Shown: positions 47,007 to 58,717 of the stretch, one piece after another
Numbering within the stretch: position 1 is the stretch's first letter
Layout of the letters: every line of letters starts with the position of its first letter
NCBI GenBank assembly: GCA_049519175.1
Contig: JBEKQZ010000001.1
Coordinates: forward strand, 463,679-527,678
Direction: 5' to 3'
DNA from: Candidatus Levyibacteriota bacterium
GTDB lineage: Bacteria; Patescibacteriota; Microgenomatia; Levybacterales; UBA12049
Length of the DNA: 64,000 nt
The notes under the pieces: generated by a model
What the model saw: only the letters and a program-made list of their open reading frames with translations
What the model was told of the DNA's origin: nothing
Database searches by the model: none
Translations under genes and position numbers: made by a program

Positions 47007-47636
47007 ATGAAAAGATTATTTTTAACTTCAAGTATTTCCTTTGTTGCGCAAGATATTGCCAAAAGGATTAATCAGCGAAATCTAAAGCTCGCATTCATAA
47101 CAACTCCTGCAGAAGTAGAAGAAGGGAATTTACAGTGGCTAAAAGACGACCGACAATCATTAGTTAACGCTGGTTTTTTGGTAACCGACTATACCATTAC
47201 CGGAAAAGCTAGGGAGGAAATTAAAACAGAGCTAAGTAAATACGATGTTTTATATATGTCGGGGGGAAACACATTCTACCTGTTAGAGAAAATTCAGACA
47301 AGCAATAGCACAGATGTCTTCAAAGACTTGGTAAACAACGGAACAATTTATATCGGAACGAGCGCCGGTTCAATTATTACCGGACCTGATATTTATCCCT
47401 TAAAAGATATGGATAATATTAAAAAGGCCCCAAACATAAAAGGATACGAGGGGCTGGGATTAGTTAATTTTGTCATTTTCCCTCACTGGGGAAACGAACA
47501 TTTTAAAGATAGATATCTAAACCAACGGTTAAAAGATGCCTATAATACCAATAACGAAATCATTCTTCTGCCCGACGGTACATATATATTAGTAGAAAAT
47601 GACTTCTATAAAATAATCAAGGTAAAACAGAAATAA
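47007..47636 (+). CDS. Peptidase E (S51) family protein
   Basis: SGGNTFYL, GTSAGS nucleophile elbow, FPH motifs. Confidence 0.85.
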   Translation: MKRLFLTSSISFVAQDIAKRINQRNLKLAFITTPAEVEEGNLQWLKDDRQSLVNAGFLVTDYTITGKAREEIKTELSKYDVLYMSGGNTFYLLEKIQTSNSTDVFKDLVNNGTIYIGTSAGSIITGPDIYPLKDMDNIKKAPNIKGYEGLGLVNFVIFPHWGNEHFKDRYLNQRLKDAYNTNNEIILLPDGTYILVENDFYKIIKVKQK

Positions 47637-48214
47637 TGTTTAAAGACCCCATTCTTCAGAAACTTTACAAACAACACGGACCACACCGGTTTGAAGACAG
47701 AAGCGAACGTTTGCTGGAAGAGCTGATTGAAGCAATCATTAACCAACAGCTTTCCGGCAAGGCCGCCGATACTATATATAGTAGGTTTCTAAAGCTATTC
47801 AAAGCTGAACGGTTCCCGACGCCTGAACAGATTTTGAAACTTAGCGTTAAGAAATTAAGAGCTGCCGGTATGAGTTACTCCAAAGCCAACTATATCCAAA
47901 ATATTGCCAGGGCGTTTAAAGACGGCGATTTAGACATTAAGAAAATTCGGCAAATGACAGACGAAGAAGTAATTACCAAACTGACTAAAATTAAAGGAGT
48001 AGGGAAGTGGACCGCGGAAATGATTTTGATTTTTACGCTTAGTCGCGAAGATGTTTTTTCTTTAGGCGACGCCGGACTAAAACGGGCGATAAAAAATTTG
48101 TATGGAATTACCAATGAAAAAGAAATTCTGAAATTGGCCGAAACCTGGAAACCAAAACGCAGTTTCGCCTGTTGGTATTTATGGCAAAGCTTGAATAACA
48201 CTCCAAGAACTTGA
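47636..48214 (+). CDS. DNA-3-methyladenine glycosylase II (AlkA-like, HhH-GPD)
   Basis: IINQQLSGKAA, LTKIKGVGKWTAEM, GD, W.P.RS.A..YLW motifs. Confidence 0.9.
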   Translation: MFKDPILQKLYKQHGPHRFEDRSERLLEELIEAIINQQLSGKAADTIYSRFLKLFKAERFPTPEQILKLSVKKLRAAGMSYSKANYIQNIARAFKDGDLDIKKIRQMTDEEVITKLTKIKGVGKWTAEMILIFTLSREDVFSLGDAGLKRAIKNLYGITNEKEILKLAETWKPKRSFACWYLWQSLNNTPRT

Positions 48215-48250
48215 TTATAGAAGCTTATAGTGATATTATCCAAGTATATT

Positions 48251-48673
48251 ATGTATCTTCCCGATTCGGAACGGAGATTATTAACGGCGGCAGAGCTTAA
48301 CCAGCGACATGCTTTGGGAAATTGCCTGAATGGATTAGTCAAAGACATTCAAAGAGCAAATCCTAACGTGTTGATTGTAGGAGTAAATACAATCAACGAA
48401 GTTGTAAGCGCACTTTTGCAAACGGAAAACAATTTAGTCTTTCAAATAAACTCTCGTTCCTCAAGCTATACTGCGGACGGACAATTTGTTGCCAGCGTAA
48501 GAAAATTTGACTTGCCAACATTTAGAGCCATCAGGCGTTTGCCGCGCGGCGAAAGACCAGCAGAGGGAAACGAAGAAGCTGGAGAAGTTATTTTAGAAGC
48601 AGGTTTAAGAACCAGGGAAGAGTTACTTGAAGGATTACAAGGAAAAATTCCCACCTCTGTTCACTGGAATTAA
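48251..48673 (+). CDS. Hypothetical protein
   Basis: 140-aa ORF; start moved to ATG 48251. Confidence 0.55.
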   Translation: MYLPDSERRLLTAAELNQRHALGNCLNGLVKDIQRANPNVLIVGVNTINEVVSALLQTENNLVFQINSRSSSYTADGQFVASVRKFDLPTFRAIRRLPRGERPAEGNEEAGEVILEAGLRTREELLEGLQGKIPTSVHWN

Positions 48674-48720
48674 TTCTCCCATTGACAAAAAAACTTGCTA
48701 GAATTATAGTCTTTCTACAT

Positions 48721-49191
48721 ATGACGAACGCAGAAGGAAATCGACTATTAGCTCCTTACGAAGACACCACTGCTCTCTATGACCCGGCAAGACGAAAAGC
48801 CGCATATACGGGCATTGCTACAGCATTGAATGGATATATTGAGCAAAGAAGAGCAATGGGACAGGAATTTCAGTCCTGGTCTGCTTGGCAGCAACCGGAA
48901 AATCAGACAGAATGGCACGAAATCCCCAGCGGACTTAACGGGTACGGAGCAGATATTCCTCAACATGAATCAACTGCCGAACAACCAACAGAACCAGCAA
49001 CTGTCGCTGATATGCTATTGGCCCGTTATGAAAAAGATCGATGCGCTAAGCTAGGAGAAGTTAGAACAGATATCCCCATCACCGAACCCGCGGAGCCCGG
49101 CGCCAGTGGAACAAACCCTCAAGAAATTACACCACCAACCGCTAAATCCGACTTGCTTCAGCAGTTAATAGATGACGTTGACCGACGCTAA
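48721..49191 (+). CDS. Hypothetical protein
   Basis: TTGACA..TATAGT promoter upstream of ATG 48721. Confidence 0.6.
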   Translation: MTNAEGNRLLAPYEDTTALYDPARRKAAYTGIATALNGYIEQRRAMGQEFQSWSAWQQPENQTEWHEIPSGLNGYGADIPQHESTAEQPTEPATVADMLLARYEKDRCAKLGEVRTDIPITEPAEPGASGTNPQEITPPTAKSDLLQQLIDDVDRR

Positions 49192-49255
49192 ATATTTTCC
49201 CCAAAACAGTCTTGAAATAGCGCACCATTTCCCTTATAATACTTAAGTCGTCCTT

Positions 49256-51289
49256 ATGGATTTATCTTTGATTTTTCAGCATAAATTAATCATTTCACTC
49301 CTTGCCGGAGTCATCTCCATCGCCTACGCCATCTTCTTAAGCCTTCGGGTTTTGTCCAACGCCAGAGGAGACGCCAAAATGAATGAAATCTCCGACGCCA
49401 TCGAAGAAGGGGCACTGGCTTACATGAAACGCCAATACACGGTAGTTGCCGCCATCGGAGTTGTAATCGCCATCATTTTGTATTTTATTTTTGGGGTAGT
49501 TACCGCCGCCGGTTTTATTCTTGGCGCGGTTTTTAGCGCCGTTGCCGGAGTGGTTGGAATGTCGATTGCCGTCAGAAGTAATATTCGCACCGCGCAAGCC
49601 GCCAAAAAAGGTTTGGCTCAAGCGTTTGGCTTAGCATTTCAGGGCGGAGCAGTTACGGGACTGATGGTCGCGGGACTGGCTCTAGTGGCCGTTTCCGGAT
49701 TCTATTGGATTTTGGAAAGATTTGCCGGTGGCAATTTACAACCGTTGATTGCTTTGGGTTTTGGCGGATCTTTGATTTCGGTTTTTGCTAGGTTAGGCGG
49801 CGGAATTTTTACTAAATCTGCAGACGTCGGAACCGATATGGTCGGAAAAATCGAAAAAGGCATTCCCGAAGACGACCCCAGGAATCCCGGAGTGATTGCC
49901 GATTTAGTCGGCGACAATGTTGGCGACGACGCCGGAATGGCCGCCGATTTATTTGAAACTTATGTGATTACCGTCGTTGCCGCGATGATTTTAGGTCATT
50001 TAACTTTTCCCGGCAACCCGGCAGTGTTATTTTTCCCAATGCTAATTGGCGCAATCTCGATTGTCGCCTCCATTGTCGGCACTTGGTTTGTCAGACTCAT
50101 CGGCAAAGGCGGCGTGATGAAAGCTTTATATCAAGGACTGATTGCCGCGATGCTGGTTTCAGCAGTAGGATTTTACTTTTTGACTATGGAAATTTTCCCC
50201 CAGGGTTTAGGTAAAATTTCTTCTTTGAATTTATTCTTCACTTCGATTATCGGTTTGGTCGTAACCATCGGACTGGTCGTCATTACCGAATACTTTACCT
50301 CCAAATCTTTTTCGCCGGTTAAAACCATTGCTAACGCATCTACCACCGGCTCGGGCACCAACGTTATTGCCGGTTTGGCGGTTTCAATGAAATCAACCAT
50401 GCCGCCAATTCTTTTGATTGCCGCTGCCATTCTAGTCGGTTTTAATTTGGCCGGACTTTACGGAGTGGCGATTGCCGCAATGTCAATGCTTTCCCTGGCC
50501 GGAATCGTAGTGGCGATTGACGCTTTTGGACCGATCACCGACAACGCCGGCGGAATTGCCGAAATGGCCGGTTTAGATAAAAAAGTGCGGGACATCACCG
50601 ATCCGCTGGATGCCGTCGGCAACACCACTAAAGCCGTCACTAAGGCTTATGCCATCGGTTCAGCCGGACTGGCCGCTTTAGTTTTATTTGCCAGCTACAC
50701 CCAGGAATTAGTGAAGAGTGGACATTTCAACGGCACTTTTTCTTTGTCTGATCCCAGCGTTTTAGTCGGACTATTTATCGGCGCCGCCCTTCCATATCTT
50801 TTTGCTTCTCTTGCCATGGAAGCCGTCGGCAAAACCAGCGTTTCCATTGTTGACGAAGTCAGACGCCAGTTTAAAGAAATCAAAGGACTGATGGAGGGAA
50901 CTGCTAAACCGGAATACGGCAAAGCGGTGGATATTGTTACTAAAGCCGCGATTAAAGAAATGCTTTTACCAACCGCCATTACGGTTTTGGCGCCGATTGT
51001 GGTTGGCTTTGCGTTGGGACCAAAAGCTTTGGGCGGACTTTTGATGGGCAGCATTATTACAGGATTATTCCTGGGAATTTCGATGACGACCGGCGGAGCT
51101 GCTTGGGATAACACTAAAAAATATATTGAAGAAGGAAATTTTGGCGGTAAGGGCAGTTTTGCTCACCAGTCGGCCGTCACCGGCGATACAGTCGGCGACC
51201 CATATAAGGATACGGCCGGCCCGGCAATCAACCCGATGATTAAAGTTTTGAATATCGTCGCATTACTAATCGCCGGCTTTTTGATCTAG
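49256..51289 (+). CDS. hppA: Membrane-bound H+-translocating pyrophosphatase, K+-independent type
   Basis: [45 protein letters not shown] motifs; Lys in GNTTKA. Confidence 0.95.
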   Translation: MDLSLIFQHKLIISLLAGVISIAYAIFLSLRVLSNARGDAKMNEISDAIEEGALAYMKRQYTVVAAIGVVIAIILYFIFGVVTAAGFILGAVFSAVAGVVGMSIAVRSNIRTAQAAKKGLAQAFGLAFQGGAVTGLMVAGLALVAVSGFYWILERFAGGNLQPLIALGFGGSLISVFARLGGGIFTKSADVGTDMVGKIEKGIPEDDPRNPGVIADLVGDNVGDDAGMAADLFETYVITVVAAMILGHLTFPGNPAVLFFPMLIGAISIVASIVGTWFVRLIGKGGVMKALYQGLIAAMLVSAVGFYFLTMEIFPQGLGKISSLNLFFTSIIGLVVTIGLVVITEYFTSKSFSPVKTIANASTTGSGTNVIAGLAVSMKSTMPPILLIAAAILVGFNLAGLYGVAIAAMSMLSLAGIVVAIDAFGPITDNAGGIAEMAGLDKKVRDITDPLDAVGNTTKAVTKAYAIGSAGLAALVLFASYTQELVKSGHFNGTFSLSDPSVLVGLFIGAALPYLFASLAMEAVGKTSVSIVDEVRRQFKEIKGLMEGTAKPEYGKAVDIVTKAAIKEMLLPTAITVLAPIVVGFALGPKALGGLLMGSIITGLFLGISMTTGGAAWDNTKKYIEEGNFGGKGSFAHQSAVTGDTVGDPYKDTAGPAINPMIKVLNIVALLIAGFLI

Positions 51290-51328
51290 AATCTGGAAGG
51301 CCGACCGAAAGACAGGACCCCAAAAAAT

Positions 51329-53812
51329 ATGAGTGATATCGGTAAACTACAAAACACAGAAATAGCTTTCGAAATGAGACGCGCGTATTTGGATTACGCC
51401 ATGTCGGTTATCGTTTCCCGCGCGCTTCCCGATGTTAGGGACGGCTTAAAGCCGGTCCACCGCAGAATTCTTTTCGCCATGCACGAAATGAATTTAACCC
51501 ACAGTGCCAAATATTCAAAGAGTGCCAAAATTGTTGGAGAAGTGATGGGAAAATATCATCCCCACGGCGACGTTCCGATTTACGACTCGCTCGTCCGCCT
51601 GGCGCAGGATTTTTCGATGCGTTATCCATTGATTGACGGACAGGGAAACTTCGGTTCGATGGACGGCGACCCGCCGGCGGCCATGCGTTATACCGAAGCC
51701 CGGATGGCGGCGATTACCGCCGAAATGCTTTTAGACATGGAGAAGGAAACCGTCGATTATTTACCTAACTTTGATTCCACTTTAAAAGAACCGGTCTTTT
51801 TACCCAGCCTTTTACCCAATTTATTGTTGATGGGTTCTGAGGGAATTGCCGTTGGTATGGCCACCAAAATTCCTCCGCATAATTTGGGCGAGGTGATTGA
51901 CGCGGTCGAATACTTAACTAAAAAAGCCAAAATTACGACCGAACCGCGCTTTAGTATTTCTTCCGAAGTCACTATTGATGAACTTTTGGAATTTATCAAA
52001 GGCCCGGATTTTCCGACCGCCGGCGCGATTTACGACTGGACGGAAATTAAAAATGTTTACACCACCGGCCGCGGCCGAATTTTAATTCGTGGCAAAGCCG
52101 ACATCGAAGATATCGGGCAGGGAAAATCCGCCATTATTATTACCGAAATTCCCTATCAGGTCAATAAAGCACTCCTAGTTGCCAGAATCGCGGAGTTGGC
52201 TAAAGAAAAGAAAGTCGAAGGCATTTCCGATTTACGGGATGAGTCAGACCGTCACGGTATCCGGATTGTCGTTGAGCTAAAACGGGATAGCAGTCCCAAA
52301 AAAATTCTGAACAATCTGTTTAAATACACCGCTTTGCAAACCAGTTTTCCGGCCAACATCGTCGCTTTGGTTGATGGCACGCCGCAGACTTTGAATCTTA
52401 AGACAATTCTGGAAGAATTCTTAAAACACCGCTATTTGGTGGTTAAAAGACGCAGCGAATTCGAGTTAAGACAAGCCAAAGCCCGCTTACATATTCTGGA
52501 AGGGCTAAAAATTGCGGTCGAAAACATCGACGCGGTCATCAAAACCATCCGCGCATCGAAAGACCAAGAAGACGCCAAGAAGAACTTGATGGCCGAATTC
52601 AAATTAAGCGATCTTCAGGCAACGGCTATTTTGGACATGCAATTGAGGCGTTTGGCGGCACTGGAGCGGCAAAAAATCGAAGAGGAATACCAGATGGTTG
52701 AAGAAACAATTGAATACCTGGAAGATTTATTGGCGCATCCGGCCAAAATTTTAATTGTCATCGGCGAAGAGCTGACCAAACTTAAAGAAAAATATGCCGA
52801 CCCAAGAAGAACCAAAGTTTACAAAAGCAAAGTCGGAGAGTTCTCCGAAGAAGATTTAATTCCCAATGAACCAACCGTTATCACTTTAACCGACACTGGT
52901 TATATTAAAAGACAAAGTTTGAATAGTTTTCGCACCCAACAGCGGGGCGGCAAAGGCATCATCGGCATGACTACCAAAGACGAAGAGGATATGATTGCCG
53001 ACATTAAATCGCTGGAAACCCACGACAACATTTTGTTTTTTACCAACAAAGGCAAAGTTTACCAGATTAAAGCTTATGAAATAGATGAATCTTCCCGGAC
53101 CAGCAAAGGCACCGCGGTGGTAAATTTATTGAATATCGAATCGGGCGAAAAAGTCGAATCATTTGTCAACTACAAAACTAAAAGCAGTGAAGCCAAATAT
53201 GTTTTTCTGACCACCAAAAAAGGCACGGTCAAAAAAAGCGCTTTGTCGGAGTTTGCCAATATTCGACGAAGCGGTATTTTGGCGATTAAAATGGACAAAG
53301 ACGATGAATTGGTTTGGAGCAAATTAACCAGCGGCAACGACGACATACTGCTCGTGACCCGAAACGGCAAGTCGATCCGCTTCTCGGAAAAATCGGTCCG
53401 CGGCATGGGCAGAAACACGATGGGTGTCAGAGGAATCTTAATTAAAAAAGACGCTAAAGATGACCGGGTAATTCAAATGGATGTCGTCGGCAAAGGTCAA
53501 AAATCCGAAGTCTTAACCATTATGGAAAAAGGGTTAGGTAAACGCACTCCGGTCGAACAATTCCATGTTCAGGGACGCGGTGGACAGGGAGTAAAAGTGG
53601 CGGAAGTGACCGAAAAAACCGGCAAAGTTGTCACTTCGCAAATTATTCCGCAAAACTGCGAAGAAGTAATTATGACTTCGCAAAAGGGGCAGGTTGTTAA
53701 ACTGGAGATAACTTCAATCCCGCGGCTTTCCCGGGCGACCCAAGGCGTAATCCTAATGCGCTTCTCCGACAAAACCGACCACGTCGCTTCTGCCGCCTGC
53801 ATCGAAAAATAA
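51329..53812 (+). CDS. gyrA: DNA gyrase subunit A
   Basis: [29 protein letters not shown] motifs; GyrA box QQRGGKG. Confidence 0.98.
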   Translation: MSDIGKLQNTEIAFEMRRAYLDYAMSVIVSRALPDVRDGLKPVHRRILFAMHEMNLTHSAKYSKSAKIVGEVMGKYHPHGDVPIYDSLVRLAQDFSMRYPLIDGQGNFGSMDGDPPAAMRYTEARMAAITAEMLLDMEKETVDYLPNFDSTLKEPVFLPSLLPNLLLMGSEGIAVGMATKIPPHNLGEVIDAVEYLTKKAKITTEPRFSISSEVTIDELLEFIKGPDFPTAGAIYDWTEIKNVYTTGRGRILIRGKADIEDIGQGKSAIIITEIPYQVNKALLVARIAELAKEKKVEGISDLRDESDRHGIRIVVELKRDSSPKKILNNLFKYTALQTSFPANIVALVDGTPQTLNLKTILEEFLKHRYLVVKRRSEFELRQAKARLHILEGLKIAVENIDAVIKTIRASKDQEDAKKNLMAEFKLSDLQATAILDMQLRRLAALERQKIEEEYQMVEETIEYLEDLLAHPAKILIVIGEELTKLKEKYADPRRTKVYKSKVGEFSEEDLIPNEPTVITLTDTGYIKRQSLNSFRTQQRGGKGIIGMTTKDEEDMIADIKSLETHDNILFFTNKGKVYQIKAYEIDESSRTSKGTAVVNLLNIESGEKVESFVNYKTKSSEAKYVFLTTKKGTVKKSALSEFANIRRSGILAIKMDKDDELVWSKLTSGNDDILLVTRNGKSIRFSEKSVRGMGRNTMGVRGILIKKDAKDDRVIQMDVVGKGQKSEVLTIMEKGLGKRTPVEQFHVQGRGGQGVKVAEVTEKTGKVVTSQIIPQNCEEVIMTSQKGQVVKLEITSIPRLSRATQGVILMRFSDKTDHVASAACIEK

Positions 53813-53837
53813 CCCCCTACAATGCTATAATCTAATC

Positions 53838-54683
53838 ATGCTCATTAACGGAAAACTAATTGCGGCAAATATCCTGAATAAACTAAAAAATAGAGTCCTC
53901 AAATTAAAAGAACAGGGGATTACTCCCACTATGGCGGTAATTTTAATTGGCGACGTCCAGTCTTCCGCCGCTTATGTCCGGCAAAAAGAATTAAAAGCTA
54001 AAGAGATTGGTGCCGAAGTTAAAATTTTTCGTTTCGACGAAACCGTTACCAACGCGGGAATTGAAAATTTGATTAAAAAACTTGACGCTGATCTAAACAT
54101 CCACGGTATTATCCTACAACGGCCGGCACCCAAAAGTCTGCGGATTGAAAAACTGGAAGAGTTGATTACTCCCCAAAAAGAAATCGACGGCTTTGGTAAG
54201 CATACCCTATACACCGTTCCGGTCGCCGCGGCGGTGTTTGAAATCCTGGGTGAAATTTTTGGCAACTTAAATGAAACCGAATCTTTTAGTGATTGGCTGG
54301 CATCTAAAAAAATTGTAGTTCTAGGTAAAGGTGAAACTGCCGGACAGCCAATCATTGATTATTTCCGCGCCAGAGAAATTGAGCCCATTATTATTGATTC
54401 AAAAACTGAAAATAAAAATGCCATGCTTAAAAATGCTGATATTATTGTTTCCGCGGTAGGGAAGAGGGGAATCATTACTTCTTTGGACCTGAAAAATGGC
54501 GTGATTTTGATTGGCATCGGTTTGTCGGCCGATGACGAGGGGAAAACCAAAGGAGATTATAATGATACTGAAGTTGAACAAATTGCTTCGTTTTACACAC
54601 CCACACCGGGCGGCGTCGGACCGGTTAACGTCGCGCTTTTGCTGGAAAACTTAGTCCAAGCTTCGGAGAGTCTTGCCAAATAA
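53838..54683 (+). CDS. folD: Methylenetetrahydrofolate dehydrogenase/cyclohydrolase
   Basis: YVRQK, HGIILQRP, KEIDG, TPTPGGVGP motifs. Confidence 0.92.
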   Translation: MLINGKLIAANILNKLKNRVLKLKEQGITPTMAVILIGDVQSSAAYVRQKELKAKEIGAEVKIFRFDETVTNAGIENLIKKLDADLNIHGIILQRPAPKSLRIEKLEELITPQKEIDGFGKHTLYTVPVAAAVFEILGEIFGNLNETESFSDWLASKKIVVLGKGETAGQPIIDYFRAREIEPIIIDSKTENKNAMLKNADIIVSAVGKRGIITSLDLKNGVILIGIGLSADDEGKTKGDYNDTEVEQIASFYTPTPGGVGPVNVALLLENLVQASESLAK

Positions 54684-55746
54684 GATAAACATCCAAAATC
54701 CACAACAGAATCGCACCGTACAAAACGTGTGACTGCAAAAGAACCGGGACTGCGTGCGGATTTGCCAAATTCAACGAAACTAAAATATAGGAAATAAATA
54801 AAATGAGCAAGAACTTTAGGTTATTTTTTATTTTTTGAATATAAAACAAAGTTACTAAAAACGGAAAAATTAAGAACACGAAATGGTGCTGCCAGGAAAA
54901 ATTATTGACGATTAAATTAAGCGTTATTAGTAAGCCAAAACTCATATTTAGCAATGTTTTGTTTTTGCGCGATTTAAATATCGCCAAACAGGAAACCAAA
55001 ATAAAAAATAGCGAAAGTAAAATAACCAATAATTGACTAAAAAAATTGTGGGGGAAACTACGGCCGACAAAACCGGTTAAAGCTTGATTATAATAAGCGG
55101 TTTTCCAACCGGTTAGAAGAGTTATTAAAAAATGCTGGTAAAAATATAGGTTTACTTTTGTACCGATAAGAATAAAAGCAAAACCTGATAATAAGGCTAA
55201 GGAAATGATGAAGGCGAACAAAAACTTCCACTTTTTCATCACGATAAATTGCAGAATTAAAAACGCCGGAAAAAGTTTAACCGCAAAGGAAAGTGAAAGC
55301 AAAAATGCTGAAAGATAATTCTTCTTGTTAAAGAAGTAAATCGCCGCGACAAATATCAGCAGAATAAAATTGTTGATTTGTCCCATCCCCAAAGTAAATT
55401 TAACCGGAAAAGACCAACAGACTAAACCAAGAATTAGAAAACCTAAGGTTGAAATAATTCGGCTTTTGTAAAGTTTAAAAATTAAATAAACCGACGCAAA
55501 CAGCGACACCAAAGATAGCATTGTCCAAACTTTTTCAATTAAAACAAAGGGTAAAGAATTTAGTGTCCGGAAAATTACCAGCGCCAGTGGGGGATAAATT
55601 ACGCCATCAAGGTATGGGTTAACCGCTTTGACGCCAAAATAATATTGTCCCAAATCCGGATAAAAATTTAAGAACAAACTTTTGCCAAGAATTAAAAAAG
55701 CCACCAGGAAAAAAATGAGTGAAGCTATTTTGACGGCTTTTGCCAT
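54625..55746 (-). CDS. GT-C membrane glycosyltransferase (GT87/DUF2029-like)
   Basis: YPP, GQIN, K.FP, NQAL, SWQHH motifs in a multi-TM protein. Confidence 0.85.
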   Translation of the reverse strand: MAKAVKIASLIFFLVAFLILGKSLFLNFYPDLGQYYFGVKAVNPYLDGVIYPPLALVIFRTLNSLPFVLIEKVWTMLSLVSLFASVYLIFKLYKSRIISTLGFLILGLVCWSFPVKFTLGMGQINNFILLIFVAAIYFFNKKNYLSAFLLSLSFAVKLFPAFLILQFIVMKKWKFLFAFIISLALLSGFAFILIGTKVNLYFYQHFLITLLTGWKTAYYNQALTGFVGRSFPHNFFSQLLVILLSLFFILVSCLAIFKSRKNKTLLNMSFGLLITLNLIVNNFSWQHHFVFLIFPFLVTLFYIQKIKNNLKFLLILFISYILVSLNLANPHAVPVLLQSHVLYGAILLWILDVYLIWQDSPKLGLSFPAKARR

Positions 55747-55806
55747 AACACGAATATAATACAAAACGTATTGACAGTAAATGGTTAAAAGCCTTACTAT
55801 GGTTAT

Positions 55807-56577
55807 ATGAAGGAAAGTTTAGTCGGCGCGATTATCGTTTTTTTTATCGCGTTGTTTGTTTATACGAAACTGGCTGGGCCGATTCCGTTTTTTATTAATA
55901 GCGTCAACACTACTAAAACAGATTTATTTTCCAGTAGTGGCGAGGGAAAAGTGATGGCCATTCCGGACGAGGCGACTGTCGATGCCGGAGTTACCGCTCA
56001 AAGCACCACCGTAACGGATGCTAAAAATAAAGTTAACCAAGCTGCCAACAAAATTATTGCCGACCTAAAAAAATTGGGGATTGCCGACAAAAATATTCAG
56101 ACGACGGATTATTCCGTTAGTCCAAACTATGCGAACGAACAAAGTGGAGTGATGCTGCCGATGTTACCCTCAAATGGACAACAAAGCATTATCGGCTACA
56201 CTGTAACGCAAAATTTGGAGGTCCAAGTCCAACCAATTGATAAAATTAATCAGGTTGTCGATTTGGCCACCAAAGATGGCGCAAATCTAGTCGGCGGAGT
56301 CAACTTTACCTTTAGCGATCAGCTTAGTAAATCGCTAGAACAACAGGCGACCCAGCAAGCAGTCGACAATGCCAAAGCTAAAGCGCAAGGCTTAGCCAAG
56401 GCTGCCGGCATTAATTTGGGAAAAATTGTTAACGTCGTTGAAAATTCCAACCAACCACAACCGTTAATGATGACCGCCAACACTGCCGCCAAAACCGACC
56501 AATCGGTTCCAACCAACATTACTCCGGGAGAGAATTCTTTAATTGTCGACGTCGTCCTTTACTACGAAACTTACTAG
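55807..56577 (+). CDS. SIMPL (DUF541/BP26) family protein
   Basis: GEGKV.AIPD.A, IQT..YSV.P.Y, AV.NAK.KA..LA.AAG..LG, PGE motifs. Confidence 0.9.
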   Translation: MKESLVGAIIVFFIALFVYTKLAGPIPFFINSVNTTKTDLFSSSGEGKVMAIPDEATVDAGVTAQSTTVTDAKNKVNQAANKIIADLKKLGIADKNIQTTDYSVSPNYANEQSGVMLPMLPSNGQQSIIGYTVTQNLEVQVQPIDKINQVVDLATKDGANLVGGVNFTFSDQLSKSLEQQATQQAVDNAKAKAQGLAKAAGINLGKIVNVVENSNQPQPLMMTANTAAKTDQSVPTNITPGENSLIVDVVLYYETY

Positions 56578-57513
56578 TTATTTATTTCCGCTGTGGAAGT
56601 GTCTATGCACATCATGCAGTTGCCGGTTGGTGATATGGGTGTAAATTTGGGTTGTGGCGATATTTTTGTGTCCCAGCATTTCCTGAACAGAACGGATGTC
56701 AGCACCATTAGTTAAAAGGTCCGTCGCAAAAGAATGCCGTAACGTATGGACTGTTGCATCAACGGGAATTCTCGCTTTCCGAACATATTTTTTAACTATT
56801 CTTTCGATACTCCTAGCAGTGAGGCGCATTTTTTCTCCGCCGTTTTCTTCCATTACTTTTCCGGAATAGCGGATAAATAACGGCTTAAAAACATCTTCGC
56901 GTTTGTCCATATACATTTTTATCCAAGTAGCCGCCCGGTCGGAAACAAACACCAATCTCACTTTTCTACCTTTGCCGACAACCCCAAACTCACGTCTTTC
57001 AATATTCACTTGTTCATGATTTAGACTTACCAATTCCGAGACACGCAAACCGGTGGAGAAGAGCAGTTCTAAAATTGCCCGATCCCTAATTCCTTCTTCG
57101 GTTGAGGTGTCAACGCTGGTTACTAGTCTATCGACTTGTTCTTTTTCCAAAAATTTTAAGCTTCTGGATTCGGTTCTAGGCAAATCAATTTTTGACGGTT
57201 CCAACGTTTTGTAATCATTTTTGACTAGAAAGCGCAAGAACGAGCGAAGCGCAATTACATAATAATTTTGGGTAACCCGACTTAGAGTTAGACCTTTGGA
57301 ATCTGCGCGATTAGCTAAGAATACCCGGTATTTTCGAATCGTTGCCAAATCTAAATTTCCTAATCTCTTTTCCGGTTGAGTAGTGTCAAACCACTCATTA
57401 AAAACGTCAAGATAATGCCGGTAGTCACGGACCGTAAGCTTTGAACAATTTTTTTCAATCTCTAAATATTCGAGAAACTGATTAATTAATTCGGATAGCG
57501 CAGCATTCTCCAT
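56578..57513 (-). CDS. XerC/XerD-family tyrosine recombinase
   Basis: RDRAILELLFSTGLRVSEL, VGKGRK.R, HTLRHSFAT, VQEMLGH..IATTQIYTH catalytic motifs. Confidence 0.95.
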   Translation of the reverse strand: MENAALSELINQFLEYLEIEKNCSKLTVRDYRHYLDVFNEWFDTTQPEKRLGNLDLATIRKYRVFLANRADSKGLTLSRVTQNYYVIALRSFLRFLVKNDYKTLEPSKIDLPRTESRSLKFLEKEQVDRLVTSVDTSTEEGIRDRAILELLFSTGLRVSELVSLNHEQVNIERREFGVVGKGRKVRLVFVSDRAATWIKMYMDKREDVFKPLFIRYSGKVMEENGGEKMRLTARSIERIVKKYVRKARIPVDATVHTLRHSFATDLLTNGADIRSVQEMLGHKNIATTQIYTHITNRQLHDVHRHFHSGNK

Positions 57514-57519
57514 AATTTA

Positions 57520-57552
57520 TTTTGCGACACGGCCAATTACATTATGCGACGC
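57520..57552 (+). promoter_or_regulatory. Two dif-arm-like half-sites (TTTTGCGACAC, TTATGCGACGC) over the xer promoter/start region
   Basis: Direct repeats at 57520-57530 and 57542-57552. On the minus strand the -35 TTGACA is at 57565-57570 and the -10 CATAAT at 57541-57546. Confidence 0.6.
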
Positions 57553-57618
57553 TAAATAGCCCTTTGTCAACCTTGACAGACTATATTTTTTCCTGTAGTC
57601 TAAATTTAGAATTATCTT

Positions 57619-58215
57619 ATGGGAGATTTTGAACCAAAAGCACCATTGCCAAATCCCATCCCAATGCAGGCTGGTCCAGACAGACGTGATCAGGCTCATT
57701 ACGTAAGCCAAGGACATAGACTTGATTCATTAAGAAAACTGGCTGGAGGATTTACAAGAAAATTCTTTGGAATATCCGAAAGCGGACAAAGCGGTGAGAA
57801 ACAAGTAATCCTTGGTCAAATTACGGAAATAAATATGGCGAAAATATTGACTGGATTATCGGATAAAAGGCATACGGCAATGCAAACGAAACCATTTACG
57901 AGAAGTCAAGCTTTCGCAAGCTTAGGCTATCCCAGTGCTACAACGGATCGTCCCTACGAATATGCGGCGATGCTTTATGGGCTGCGTGAGTTAAAGCGTG
58001 AAGGCGTAATTGACGAACAACCGAACCCAGATGTTGAAGGAACTTTTTGGTTTAAAGTTATAAATCCGGCAGGGCTTATGGAAGTTGCCAACAAAGATCC
58101 CCAAAATGATAAAAGCTTATCCCGGGAACTTGCCTTAATGCCAGGAGGAGAACAAGAAAGAAACGCGTTTGTTAACGATTATTTACAAGAAAATGAAGTT
58201 CAATTGGCTGCATAA
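57619..58215 (+). CDS. Hypothetical protein (possible wHTH)
   Basis: 198-aa ORF with upstream TTGACA. Confidence 0.6.
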   Translation: MGDFEPKAPLPNPIPMQAGPDRRDQAHYVSQGHRLDSLRKLAGGFTRKFFGISESGQSGEKQVILGQITEINMAKILTGLSDKRHTAMQTKPFTRSQAFASLGYPSATTDRPYEYAAMLYGLRELKREGVIDEQPNPDVEGTFWFKVINPAGLMEVANKDPQNDKSLSRELALMPGGEQERNAFVNDYLQENEVQLAA

Positions 58216-58268
58216 AACTTACTTCCAAAAGTTGACAAAATCCCCAGCTTTGCTATAATCCCTAAGCT

Positions 58269-58562
58269 ATGACAGAAGAAAAAAGAACTAGCCAAACATT
58301 TGTTCACGAAGTAAAATCTATTTGGCCTTGGCACGGAAAAGCTCCTGAACCAGAAACAATTACAGCCGGCGAAGAACCCCAAACAGTTCTTACACGCCAT
58401 AACCTTCGCAACACTGAAGAAGTTCAAGTTGGTCCTGACGGCTTAAGCTTAACACGCATTAGAGAAGATGGCAGAGTTATAGATAGAAGATATCGAAGAA
58501 GCGCAAGGATGTTTTACGTTGAAAACGGACGTCTTCTGGTTGAAACCGTCAGACCTGCTTAA
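58269..58562 (+). CDS. Hypothetical protein
   Basis: TTGACA..TGCTATAAT promoter 9 nt upstream. Confidence 0.65.
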   Translation: MTEEKRTSQTFVHEVKSIWPWHGKAPEPETITAGEEPQTVLTRHNLRNTEEVQVGPDGLSLTRIREDGRVIDRRYRRSARMFYVENGRLLVETVRPA

Positions 58563-58604
58563 ATTCCTCTTTACACTCAAGATTATTTCCCTTAATATTA
58601 AGCT

Positions 58605-58712
58605 ATGGCAAAATCTAAAAAAAGCGGGTGTGATTGCCCATGCCACGGGATGTTCGGCGGAAAGCTGAAATGCCCAAAGTGCTGGTTTTTCTGCGGTAAT
58701 AAAAAGAAATAA
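58605..58712 (+). CDS. 35-aa Cys/Lys-rich micro-protein (MAKSKKSGCDCPCHGMFGGKLKCPKCWFFCGNKKK)
   Basis: Manually translated; 6 Cys and 1 His; fills the intergenic gap. Confidence 0.6.
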   Translation: MAKSKKSGCDCPCHGMFGGKLKCPKCWFFCGNKKK

Positions 58713-58717
58713 CGGAT

